Shown here piece after piece: positions 1 through 8,404 of a DNA stretch of 64,000 nt. The stretch's first letter is position 1. Each line of letters begins with the position of its first letter. The notes beneath the pieces are model-generated. The model was given only the letters and a program-made list of their open reading frames with translations. It made no database searches and had not been told where the DNA came from. The translations under genes were made by a program, and so were the position numbers. The stretch is from Myxococcota bacterium (GTDB taxonomy: Bacteria > Myxococcota_A > UBA9160 > UBA4427), in the NCBI GenBank assembly GCA_041389425.1, contig JAWKRX010000021.1, positions 16,075-80,074 on the forward strand, written 5' to 3'.

Positions 1-1164
1 GCCCGCCGCGGCCATTCGGTCGAGCTCTTCGATCGCCATGAAGAGGCGGTCTCCCAGGCGACCTTCGCCAACGAGGGCAAGATCCACCTCGGCCTGATCT
101 ACGCCAAGGACACGACCCTCGCGACCGCCCGCCAGATGATCGAGGGCGCGATCGCCTTCGAATCCCTGATGCAGCGCTGGCTCCCCTTCCGCGCCGCCGA
201 CCTGCGCTCGACGCCCTTCTACTACGGGGTCCACCGCGGCTCGCTGATGCGCCCCGACGCGCTCGAGCATCACTACCACCGCTGCGGCGACTACCACGAC
301 GAGCGCGCGCGCGCCCTCGGCCTCGACTATCTCGGCCTCGGAGTCGGATGCCGTGCGCGCCGGCTCGCCGAGGCCGAGTATCCGGACGGCGTCGACCCGG
401 CTCCGCTCGAGGCGCTCTTCGAGACGACCGAGCACGCAATCGATCCGCGCGCGTTCGCCGCCTGCGTGCGCGCGGCGCTCGCGGCGGAGCCGCGCATCCA
501 GCTGCGACGCTCGCAGCGCGTGACGGCCGTCGAGCCGCTGCCGCGGGGCGGCTACCGCGTCGCCTTCGAGCACGGCGGTCGGCGCGAAGCCGAGACCTTC
601 AGCGACGTCGCCAACACGAGCTGGCACGAACGCCTGCCCCTCGACCGGCCGCTCGGCATCCGCCCGCCCGGCCCCTACAGCCATCGCTACAAATTCGGGC
701 ACCGCATCGCGATTCCCGTCGCGCCGGGCCGCATCCCCTCGCTCACCTACGTGCAGGGCCCCTTCGGCGACGTCGTGAACTTCCGCGCGAACGGCCTCTT
801 CCTCTCGTGGTACCCGACCGGCCGGACCGGCATGTCGACCGCCGAAACACCACCCGATTGGCACGCCCTCTATTCCCGCGACGAGCGCATGGCCGTCTTC
901 GACCGCAGCTTCGACGCCTGGCGCAAGCGCTGCCCCGCGCTCGCAACGCTGCCCTTCACGAGCGAGCAGGTCGATCCCTACGGCGGCGTGATCTACGCGC
1001 TCGGGACGACCGACGTCGACGACGCGGCGAGCCGCCTCCACGAGCGGCGCGAGATCGGCCTGCAGAGTGTCGGCCGCTACCACTCGCTCGATCCGGGCAA
1101 GTTCACGCTCGTGCCCTGGTGGGCCGTCCGCCTCGCGGATCGGATCGAGGCGGCCGCGGGATGA
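1..1164 (+). CDS. FAD-dependent oxidoreductase (N-terminus upstream of window)
   Basis: Frame 1 is open from nt 1 (ARRGHSVELFDRHEEAVSQATFANEGKIHLGLIYAKD...). Composition is protein-like to TGA 1162-1164. The family assignment (DAO-type FAD oxidoreductase) is by eye only. The stop overlaps the next start (ATGA). Confidence 0.6.
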   Translation, partial: ARRGHSVELFDRHEEAVSQATFANEGKIHLGLIYAKDTTLATARQMIEGAIAFESLMQRWLPFRAADLRSTPFYYGVHRGSLMRPDALEHHYHRCGDYHDERARALGLDYLGLGVGCRARRLAEAEYPDGVDPAPLEALFETTEHAIDPRAFAACVRAALAAEPRIQLRRSQRVTAVEPLPRGGYRVAFEHGGRREAETFSDVANTSWHERLPLDRPLGIRPPGPYSHRYKFGHRIAIPVAPGRIPSLTYVQGPFGDVVNFRANGLFLSWYPTGRTGMSTAETPPDWHALYSRDERMAVFDRSFDAWRKRCPALATLPFTSEQVDPYGGVIYALGTTDVDDAASRLHERREIGLQSVGRYHSLDPGKFTLVPWWAVRLADRIEAAAG

Positions 1165-2165
1165 GCCGACCGCGGGTCAGCGTCGTCGTGGCGACCTACG
1201 ACGCGAGCCATCTGCTTCGCTTTGCGCTGCAGAGTCTCCTGCTCGGGAAGTGGACGGACTGGGAGGCCATCGTCGTCGGCGACGCCTGCACCGACGACAC
1301 GGAAGACGTCGTTCGCGCCCTCGGCGACGACCGCATCCGATTCCGCAATCTCGAGCGCAACAGCGGCCAGCAGGCGACGCCGACCAACGTCGCGCTCGGT
1401 CTCGTCCGCGGCGATTTCGTCGCCTTTCTGAATCAGGACGATCTCTACCTCGAGCACCATCTCGCCGTGAACGTCGAGCGGATGCGAACGAGCGACGCGG
1501 GCTGGATCTGCTGCCCCTACGCCGAGATCCCGCCGGAGCAGCTCGAGCGGATCGAGCGCCGCGAGGTGGTCGCGCGCGTTCGCGGCTTCGCGCCGTCGGG
1601 CCGCTTCGACCCGCGCCGGTTCCACGTCGCCTCGTCCTGGTTCGTGCGGCGGGAGGTCGTGGAGCGCGTCGGCCCCTGGCGGGTCGAGCGGCAGACTTTC
1701 GTGACGCCCTCGCAGGACTGGCTCTTTCGCGCCCATCGCAAGGGGATCGCGATCGCGTGTCCGCAGGAGGTCTCGCTGATCGCGATCTACAGCGGCGAGC
1801 GCCGCGGCTTCCTGCGGCGGCGGGACTCGCCGGAGCACGAATTCGTCTTCCGCGAGATCGTGGCAGGGCGGGCCCTGCGACCCGAATTCGAGCGGGCGAT
1901 CGCGGCTTCGATCGAAGAGAAGCGGGGCGGGCAGCGGGTGGCCGCCGCCGCGGGGGCGGCGCCGCTGCGCGGGCGGCGCCGCGGGCCGCGCTGGGCCCTG
2001 CGCAAGCTCGAGCGCGGCGTCGAGGCGGTCGCGATCCGCTTCGGGGTGCATCCCAATGCCCTGCGCATGATGCTCCGCTACGGCGGGCGCGGCGGTTATG
2101 TGCGCGAGATCGTGAAGAGGACCGGGGCGCTCGAGAAGCGATCGAACGGGTCGCCGCCCGCCTGA
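1161..2165 (+). CDS. Family 2 (GT-A) glycosyltransferase
   Basis: The real start is ATG 1161 inside track ORF 348..2165. The sequence 'MSRPRVSVVVATYDASHLLRFALQSLL...AIVVGDACTDDT...FLNQDDLY' shows the typical GT2 N-terminal beta-strand and a DxD-like motif. The upstream 270 aa of the track ORF is Arg/Pro junk. Confidence 0.85.
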   Translation: MSRPRVSVVVATYDASHLLRFALQSLLLGKWTDWEAIVVGDACTDDTEDVVRALGDDRIRFRNLERNSGQQATPTNVALGLVRGDFVAFLNQDDLYLEHHLAVNVERMRTSDAGWICCPYAEIPPEQLERIERREVVARVRGFAPSGRFDPRRFHVASSWFVRREVVERVGPWRVERQTFVTPSQDWLFRAHRKGIAIACPQEVSLIAIYSGERRGFLRRRDSPEHEFVFREIVAGRALRPEFERAIAASIEEKRGGQRVAAAAGAAPLRGRRRGPRWALRKLERGVEAVAIRFGVHPNALRMMLRYGGRGGYVREIVKRTGALEKRSNGSPPA

Positions 2166-2249
2166 GCAAAAGTCGACTGCCAGTGTCGAGCGCGATCCGA
2201 TCGTCGGATCTAGGCTGGCCCGTCGACGCGCGCCAGAGAAGACCCGTCC

Positions 2250-3494
2250 ATGGAATCCACGTCCGGCCCCCTCGATCCCGACCGACTCGACGTGATCTCG
2301 CCCGAGAAATACGAGCGCGAGGGCTATCCCCACGCCGAGTGGACCTGGCTGCGCAAGCACGATCCGGTGCGGCGCTTCGCGCCCGAGGGCTGCGATCCCT
2401 TCTGGGCCGTGACCCGCCACCACGACATCGTCGAGATCGGCAAGAACCCCCGCGACTGGATCATCGAGCCGAGGCTCGCCGTCTTCACCGATCTCGACAT
2501 GCCCGACGAGCGCAAGACCCGTCATCTGCTCACGATGGATCCGCCCGACCACGGCCGCTTCCGCAACCTGACCGCCAAGGCGTTCACGCCGCGCTCCGTG
2601 CAGATCTGGGCGCCGAAGGTCGCGCGCATCACGCGGAGCGTGCTCGATCGGGCCGCGGCGAAGCAGACGATCGACTTCGTCGCGGACGTCTCCGCGCCGA
2701 TCACGATCGAGGTCATCGCGCTGATGCTCGGCGTTCCCGAAGCGGACTGGCCCCTGCTCTTCCGCTGGACGAACGAGATCATCGCGCCCTCGGATCCCGA
2801 GTTCCAGCGCGGCGCCACGACCGACGAGACCTTCGAGCGCGCGCGCAACGAGCTCTTCGCCTACTTCCACCAGCTCTCCGAGGAGCGGCGCGCGCGCCCG
2901 GCGGACGACATCCTCTCGCTCGTCGTCCAGGGCCGGATCGACGGCCAGCCGCTCCCGCCGCTCGAGCTCCTCTCCTACTACTTCCTGCTGGTCGTCGCCG
3001 GCAACGAGACGACGCGCAACGCCATGACCGGCGGCGTCCAGGCCTTCCTCGACCATCCCGACGCGTGGGTCGCGCTCGTCCGCGAGCCCGGCCTCGTCGA
3101 CGGCGCCGTCGAGGAGACGGTGCGCTGGACGACGCCCGTCATCCAGTTCGCGCGCACGGCGACGCGCGACCTGCGCCTGCGCGACCAATCGATCCGCGCG
3201 GGCGAATCCGTCTGTCTCTTCTACGCGTCGGGCAATCGCGACGAGGCGATCTTCGACGATCCCTTCCGCTTCCGGATCGACCGCCGGCCGAACGACCACG
3301 TCGGCTTCGGCCGCGGCGAGCACGTCTGCCTCGGCGCCCACCTCGCCCGACTCGAGCTGCGCACGATGTTCGCGCAGCTGCGCGAGCGCCTCGTCGAGAT
3401 GGAGCGCACGGGCCCGGTCGCACGCGTCCGCTCGAGCTTCGTCGGCGGCATCAAGCGTGCGCCGATGCGCTGGCGGCTGCGCGAGGCGTCCTGA
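2250..3494 (+). CDS. Cytochrome P450 monooxygenase
   Basis: 414 aa. Carries the heme-thiolate signature 'FGRGEHVCLGAHLARLE', an I-helix-like 'VVAGNETTRNA' and an ExxR motif ('VEETVRW'). Confidence 0.95.
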   Translation: MESTSGPLDPDRLDVISPEKYEREGYPHAEWTWLRKHDPVRRFAPEGCDPFWAVTRHHDIVEIGKNPRDWIIEPRLAVFTDLDMPDERKTRHLLTMDPPDHGRFRNLTAKAFTPRSVQIWAPKVARITRSVLDRAAAKQTIDFVADVSAPITIEVIALMLGVPEADWPLLFRWTNEIIAPSDPEFQRGATTDETFERARNELFAYFHQLSEERRARPADDILSLVVQGRIDGQPLPPLELLSYYFLLVVAGNETTRNAMTGGVQAFLDHPDAWVALVREPGLVDGAVEETVRWTTPVIQFARTATRDLRLRDQSIRAGESVCLFYASGNRDEAIFDDPFRFRIDRRPNDHVGFGRGEHVCLGAHLARLELRTMFAQLRERLVEMERTGPVARVRSSFVGGIKRAPMRWRLREAS

Positions 3495-3551
3495 GCGAAC
3501 ACGTCGAGCTGTTCCGACTCGACGACGCGAATGGCCGCGTCACCCGCTGGC

Positions 3552-3578
3552 CCTCAGAGGTGGACCGATGAATGCACC
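3552..3578. repeat. Left terminal inverted repeat of IS relic
   Basis: Manual reverse-complement comparison with 4752-4778: 24/27 identical. Confidence 0.75.
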
Positions 3579-3606
3579 CGGCACGAACCCTGCGTAGTCG
3601 GGGTTC

Positions 3607-4702
3607 ATGTCGAACCTCACCTTCCTCCGCCGGCCCCCCTTCTGCCCCAACCCCGACTGCGATTCCCGAACGAATCCAGCCACCTGGCGCTTCCAGCGCA
3701 AAGGCTTCTACCCACGCAGCCAGCCCCCGCATCGCATCCAGCGCTACCGCTGTTCACACTGCAGCCGCTACTTCAGTTCACAGACCTTCGCGGCCACCTA
3801 CTGGCTCAAGCGCCCTCGGCTCCTCGAGTCCGTCTTCCACCGCCTCGTCGCCTGCTCTGCTCTGCGCCAGATCGCCCGAGAACACCAGGTCTCCCACTCG
3901 ACCATCCGGACCCTCTCGGACCGATTGAGTCGCCACTGCCTCCTCTTCCACGAGCGCCTCCGCCCCAAGACCACACCGACTGAGCCCCTCGTCCTCGACG
4001 GGTTCCGGACCTTCGAACACAGCCAGTACTGGCCCATGGACGTGAACCTCGTCGTCGGGACGTCGCTCTTCTTCGTCTACGGCTTCAACGACGTCGAGCT
4101 GCGGCGAAGCGGGGCGATGCGGCCCGCCCAGCGGACGAGGCGCGCCGTGCTCGAGAGGCGACACGGCCGGCCCGATCCCGATGCGACCCGCAAGCGAGTC
4201 GAGGCCTTGCTGCGGCGGGTGATTCCAGCGCGGGCGAGGCCGTGCTTCGAAGCGACGAGCACCCGGCCTACGTCCGGGCCATCGCGCGGTGCTGGGACCG
4301 GACATCCTGCACGAGCGGACCAGCTCGAAGGCGCGTACGACACGCAATCCGCTCTTCCCGGTGAACCTTGTCGGACCTGCTGATCCGGCACAGCAGTGCG
4401 AATCATAAGCGGGAGACGATCGCGTTTTTCGAAGCGGCGTCAGTCGGCGCTGTACCGGCTGGCGGCATGGGTCGTGTGTGGCGCAACTACATGAAGGGGC
4501 GGTCGGAGAATCGGCGTCTCGGTCCGCCGGCGATGGCGTTGGGCTGATCGGCGAGGCGCTCACGGTTCGGGAAGTTCTTCAGAAGAGGCTGTTTCCGGAG
4601 CGGGTTCTACCCGAACGGCTACTTCGGGAGTGTTATTTCGGGCGGATCCCGACGCGGGCGATCGTGCGTTGTGCGTCGCATCGGGCGAGGTACGCGGTCT
4701 AG
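3607..4702 (+). pseudogene. Transposase pseudogene (multiple frameshifts)
   Basis: The N-terminus 'CPNPDCDS...RYRCSHCSRYFSSQTF' is a zinc ribbon. Protein-like sequence then jumps between all three frames: '...EAVLRSDEHPAYVRAIA', 'ILHERTSSKARTTRNPLFPVNL', 'LLIRHSSANHKRETIAF', 'SKRRQSALYRLAAWVV', 'WRNYMKGRSENRRLGPPAMALG', 'LIGEALTVREVLQKRLFPERV...'. At least 4 frameshifts are needed to join them. Confidence 0.7.
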
Positions 4703-4751
4703 GTCAAACGGAGAATCGATCAGCCGACGGGCGAAGGGTTTCGTTGGAAGA

Positions 4752-4778
4752 GGTGCATTCTTCGGTCCACGTCTCAGG
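4752..4778. repeat. Right terminal inverted repeat of IS relic
   Basis: Reverse complement of 3552-3578 (24/27). Overlaps the stop codon (4774-4776, minus strand) of the neighbouring CoA-transferase gene. Confidence 0.75.
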
Positions 4779-7257
4779 CCCCGCGGCGCGACTCGATCGC
4801 CCCCGTCCGAAGGCCTTCTTCCCATTCGACCGCCGTCAGCCCCGCGACCTCTCGCAACACCGCTTCGTTGTCGTGACCGATCGACGAGCCCGAGTGCGTC
4901 GTGCGCCCCGGCGTCGCCGTCAAGCCGAGCGGGATGCCCGAGGCAGAGACCTCGCCGCGCTTGTAATGCGGGATCGTCTCGAAGAACGCCCGCGCCGCGA
5001 GCTGCGCATCGCGCTGGTACATGTCCTCCGCGCTCTGCACGACCCCCGCCGCGATCCCCGCGCGCTGACAGCGCTCCATGACGGCGTAGTCTTCCTGCGC
5101 GCGCGTCCAGTCCGCGATCTTCTCCTCGAGGGCCTCCCGATGGGTCACCCGCGCCGCCATCGTCGCGAAGCGCGTGTCCTGCACCCATTCCGGGTCGCCC
5201 ATCGCCTCGCAGAGCTTCCGCCAATCCGCCTCGTCTTCGACCGCGAGGACGCACCAGCGATCGTCGCCGCGACAGGGAAAGGCGGCGTGGGGCGCGAGGT
5301 CGCGCTCGCCGTTGCCGAGCCGCGGCGGCTCGCGGCCCGTCACGGCGCTCTCGAGCAGAAGTGGCCCGATCGCCGCGACCGCCGTCTCGAACTGCGACAT
5401 GCGGATCACCTGCCCGCGTCCGCTGCGCGTCCGCTCGTGCAGCGCCGCCATCAGCGCGACGAGCCCATGCAGGGCCGAGAGCGGATCGGGGTACGCGAAA
5501 TGCGAGATCGTGCAGTCGCGATGGGCGAAGCCCGTGAAGCTGCCGAGCCCGGAGAGCGCCTCGATGTTCGGTCCCCAGGTCACGTACTTCGCGAACGGCC
5601 CCGACTCGCCGTAGCCGTTCGACTCGAGCATCACGAGGCGGGGATTGCGCGCCGAGAGCGCCGCCCAGCCGACGCCGAGCTTGTCGAGCACACCCGTCGA
5701 GTAGTTCGCGATCACGGCGTCGCTCGCGTCGACGATCCGCCGCGCGAGCTCGGCGCCCTCGGGCTTCCGCAGATCGAGGGCGACGAAGCGCTTGCCGGCG
5801 CTCCAATCGGTGAACCAGGGCGAGCACTCGGGCTGCGTACCCTGCTCGGGGCTGCGGGGCGGGACGAAGAGCCGCGGGACGTCGGGATGCGCGTGGGACT
5901 CGATCTTGATCACGTCCGCACCGGCCCAGGCGAGGATCCGCCCGATCCAGGGCGCGGCGAGGCCGGTTCCGAACTCGACGACGCGCAGGCCCGCGAGGGC
6001 GAGCGCGGGTGCGCCGATCGATTCGCGCGTGATCTCGCGCGGCGACGCATCGGACGTCCGTTTGGCCGGATCCGAACCCCGACCCGGGTCGGTCGCGACG
6101 CTCGCATCGGTTGCCGCGAGGACCTCGTCCCGATGGGCACCCGCAGCCGGAACCGGCCGCTCGATCCGCCAGGGCGTCCGCGAAAGACGGTAGGGCGCCC
6201 CCGGAGCGCGGAGCGTGCGGCCATCCTCGAGCGCGAGCGGCACGAAGAAATCGCGTGCGGCGAGATGTTCGTCGGCCAGGATCCGCGCCGCGGTGTTCAC
6301 CGGGGTGAAGGCGATGTGTCGTCGCTGGCCTTCGTGATAGGCCTCCGAGACGGTGAGCTGCTCGGTCAGATCGCCGATGAAGACGTCGAGCAGCTCGCGA
6401 TAGGGCAGGCGATTCGAAGACGGCCCGCGAAACTCGGGCAGCAGGACCTCCTCGTTGCCCGTCCGCTCGTGGATCCAGCTCGCGAGTGCTTCCCAATGCG
6501 CCGGCCGGTTCACCATCAGGTAGACGAGGCCGTCCTTGCAGCGATAGGCGCCGGAGGGCACGGAGGCGACGAGGCCCGTTCCGACGCGTTTCGGGACGAT
6601 GCCGTCCTCGAGCCATTTTCCGACGCCCGCGATGTGGGTGATCGCGGCCATCGCCTCGAGGCTCGCGACGTCGACGTGCTGGCCGCGGCCGGTGCGATCG
6701 CGATGCGACAGGGCGACGAGGCTGCTGCCGGCGGCGAGCGTCGCGGTGATGACGTCGGCCTGGTGGCTCGCGAGGCGCACCGGCGGATCCTCGGGATCGC
6801 CGATCGAGATCATCGCGCCGCCGAGGGCACTCGCGACGAGATCGTTCGAGCGCCAATGCGCCCGCGGCCCCGTCTGGCCGAAGCCCGAGATCGAGGTGAG
6901 CACGAGTCCCGGATTCCGCGCCGCGAGCGCGCTCCAATCGAGTCCGCGATCCGCGAGCTGGCCGGGCGGGAAATTCTCGATCACGAGATCCGCGGTCGAA
7001 GCGAGCGCCCGGAACGTCTCGCGATCGGCTTCGGCGTCGAGGTCGAGCACGATGCCCCGCTTGTTCGCATTGGCGTAGGCGAATGCGAGCCGCTCGAACT
7101 CGCCGCGATGGCGCGCCGGCTCGCCGCCCGGCGGCTCGATCTTGACGACGTCGGCGCCGAGATCCGCGAGCAGCTTCCCGCAGTAGGCGGCGCCGCCGAT
7201 CGCGAGATCCAGCACCCGGATGTCCGAGAGCGCGCCGTCTTCGATCGCCGTCGTCAT
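4774..7257 (-). CDS. Tandem-fused family III (CaiB/BaiF-type) CoA-transferase, two complete domains in one chain
   Basis: 827 aa. Domain 1 reads 'IRVLDLAIGGAAYCGKLLADLGADVVKIEPPGG'. Domain 2 reads 'LRVVEFGTGLAAPWIGRILAWAGADVIKIESH'. Each is followed by a 'SGFG/NGYG...GP' segment and an Asp-containing segment typical of the family. Confidence 0.9.
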   Translation of the reverse strand: MTTAIEDGALSDIRVLDLAIGGAAYCGKLLADLGADVVKIEPPGGEPARHRGEFERLAFAYANANKRGIVLDLDAEADRETFRALASTADLVIENFPPGQLADRGLDWSALAARNPGLVLTSISGFGQTGPRAHWRSNDLVASALGGAMISIGDPEDPPVRLASHQADVITATLAAGSSLVALSHRDRTGRGQHVDVASLEAMAAITHIAGVGKWLEDGIVPKRVGTGLVASVPSGAYRCKDGLVYLMVNRPAHWEALASWIHERTGNEEVLLPEFRGPSSNRLPYRELLDVFIGDLTEQLTVSEAYHEGQRRHIAFTPVNTAARILADEHLAARDFFVPLALEDGRTLRAPGAPYRLSRTPWRIERPVPAAGAHRDEVLAATDASVATDPGRGSDPAKRTSDASPREITRESIGAPALALAGLRVVEFGTGLAAPWIGRILAWAGADVIKIESHAHPDVPRLFVPPRSPEQGTQPECSPWFTDWSAGKRFVALDLRKPEGAELARRIVDASDAVIANYSTGVLDKLGVGWAALSARNPRLVMLESNGYGESGPFAKYVTWGPNIEALSGLGSFTGFAHRDCTISHFAYPDPLSALHGLVALMAALHERTRSGRGQVIRMSQFETAVAAIGPLLLESAVTGREPPRLGNGERDLAPHAAFPCRGDDRWCVLAVEDEADWRKLCEAMGDPEWVQDTRFATMAARVTHREALEEKIADWTRAQEDYAVMERCQRAGIAAGVVQSAEDMYQRDAQLAARAFFETIPHYKRGEVSASGIPLGLTATPGRTTHSGSSIGHDNEAVLREVAGLTAVEWEEGLRTGAIESRRGA

Positions 7258-7792
7258 GCCGTCGCCCGCCCCCTCGCCTCGTGTCCGACAGGGATCACGG
7301 GCGCCCGTCCCATTTCCGCCTCTCGAACCTTTTCACCCCGCTCGCCTTCCCACCCGACCTTCGCCCGGATTTCTCCCTTCCTTCTCCGCCATTGCGCCCT
7401 TCTCCGGGTTTCACCGCAAGACCGGTCGGAAACGATCCACCTCCCGACAAAGAAATCTGTAGGGCGATCGGGGTTCTTCCCGATGGCGACGCCGAGAAAT
7501 TCCTTAGCGTCCATTCGATCGCGTTCGAGGCAACCAACGGAGGATTCTGCATGCCCATCCGAGAGTCGGCCTTCGATGCTCCCAGACCGTCGCAAGATTC
7601 GAGGCCCCAGTCGAGCGGGGCGAGCCGCCGCCCGCCCGGCCATCGTCGCTCTGCCCGCCGCCGCTTCCACCCCGTGGTCGAGCGGCCCTCGCCGACGACG
7701 CCGCGCGGCTTCGGCCTCGCGATCCTGCCCCTCGCCGGGCTCTGAGGCGGCTGGGCGGCCTCGGGCGGAGGGCGGAGGATGAAGGGCGGAGT

Positions 7793-8275
7793 TCAGCCGT
7801 TCTGCAAAGCCTGCAGCGCCTTCATCGCGCGCCAGTCCGAGAGCGCGATGATCGGCCGCTGCCCGCCCGCCGGCGCGCCTGCGGCCGGCTCGCCGTAGGC
7901 GCCCGCGGCCGGCTCGCCGTAGGCGCCTGCGGCCGGCTCGCCGTAAAAGGCGATCGCGCCGTGGACGTTCGCGAGGTAGACCGTCTCCTCGGGATGATGG
8001 GTCGCTTCGTGTTCGGCGCCGTTGGGCTCGTAGATCCAATCACCCGCGCGCGAGACGCCGCCGCGATATTCCATCACGCCCGACAAGACGTAGAAGTCGG
8101 CCGGGCCGAGATGAATGTGCGGCGGGTTCGTCGTTCCCTTCGCTGCCCGGAAGAGCGCGCTCCAGGAGCCCGTCTCTTCGGAGACGCGCAGGATCTTGAG
8201 CGAGTTGCCACCCGGCGTCTCGATCCATTTCAGGGCGTTCGTATCGACGAGGGTTCCGAATCCTTCGATTTCCAT
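7793..8275 (-). CDS. Cupin-domain protein (ChrR-like cupin fold) with C-terminal YGEPAAGA x3 repeat
   Basis: The real start is ATG at 8275 (MEIEGFGTLVDTNALKWIE...), inside track ORF 7793..9340. It has a cupin metal motif region 'PPHIHLGPADFYVLSG...GAEHEATH'. The upstream part of the track ORF is junk. Confidence 0.75.
   Translation of the reverse strand: MEIEGFGTLVDTNALKWIETPGGNSLKILRVSEETGSWSALFRAAKGTTNPPHIHLGPADFYVLSGVMEYRGGVSRAGDWIYEPNGAEHEATHHPEETVYLANVHGAIAFYGEPAAGAYGEPAAGAYGEPAAGAPAGGQRPIIALSDWRAMKALQALQNG
7875..7946. repeat. 3 x 24-bp in-frame tandem repeat inside the cupin gene
   Basis: The units 7875-7898, 7899-7922 and 7923-7946 ('gcgcc[t/c]gcggccggctcgccgta[g/a]') encode YGEPAAGA three times on the minus strand. 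Confidence 0.9.
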
Positions 8276-8404
8276 GGGGGCTCCGCGTGGTCGTTCGAGT
8301 CCGACTCTACCATCGGCACGGCCGTCGCCAGCCCGCGAATCCGGGGCCTTCGGCGGATCGGGGCGCGATGCCGGAGGCCGAATCGGTGTGATAGCGTCGG
8401 GGCC

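Larger units (their letters stand above)
3552..4778 (+). mobile_element. Decayed insertion sequence (zinc-ribbon/DDE transposase, IS1-like by eye) bounded by imperfect terminal inverted repeats
   Basis: The left end 'cctcagaggtggaccgatgaatgcacc' (3552-3578) is the reverse complement of the right end 'ggtgcattcttcggtccacgtctcagg' (4752-4778), with 3 mismatches in 27. The repeats enclose a frameshifted transposase reading frame. Confidence 0.7.

Noticed and set aside
348-3571. Very long track ORFs overlapping the GT2 and P450 genes in other frames or strands: the 5' 270 aa of 348..2165, 1067..3571 (+), 1077..3341 (-) and 1177..2169 (-).
   Set aside because: Their translations are dominated by Arg/Pro/Ala/Gly runs with no family motifs. 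This is the usual open-frame artefact of stop-poor GC-rich DNA. The protein-like frames (GT2 from 1161, P450 2250-3494) explain the region.
7551-7745. 64-codon ORF with a GGAGGA motif 6 nt upstream of ATG 7551, in the long intergenic region.
   Set aside because: The product is Arg/Pro/Ser-rich ('...SRRPPGHRRSARRRFHPVVERPSPTTPRGF...') with no recognisable features. It lies antisense to the presumed leader of the CoA-transferase gene. Not reportable without conservation evidence.
4619-7782. 772-aa (-) and 1050-aa (+) ORFs across the CoA-transferase locus.
   Set aside because: They are off-frame or antisense to the clearly homologous 827-aa CoA-transferase and have an Arg/Gly/Asp-rich junk composition.
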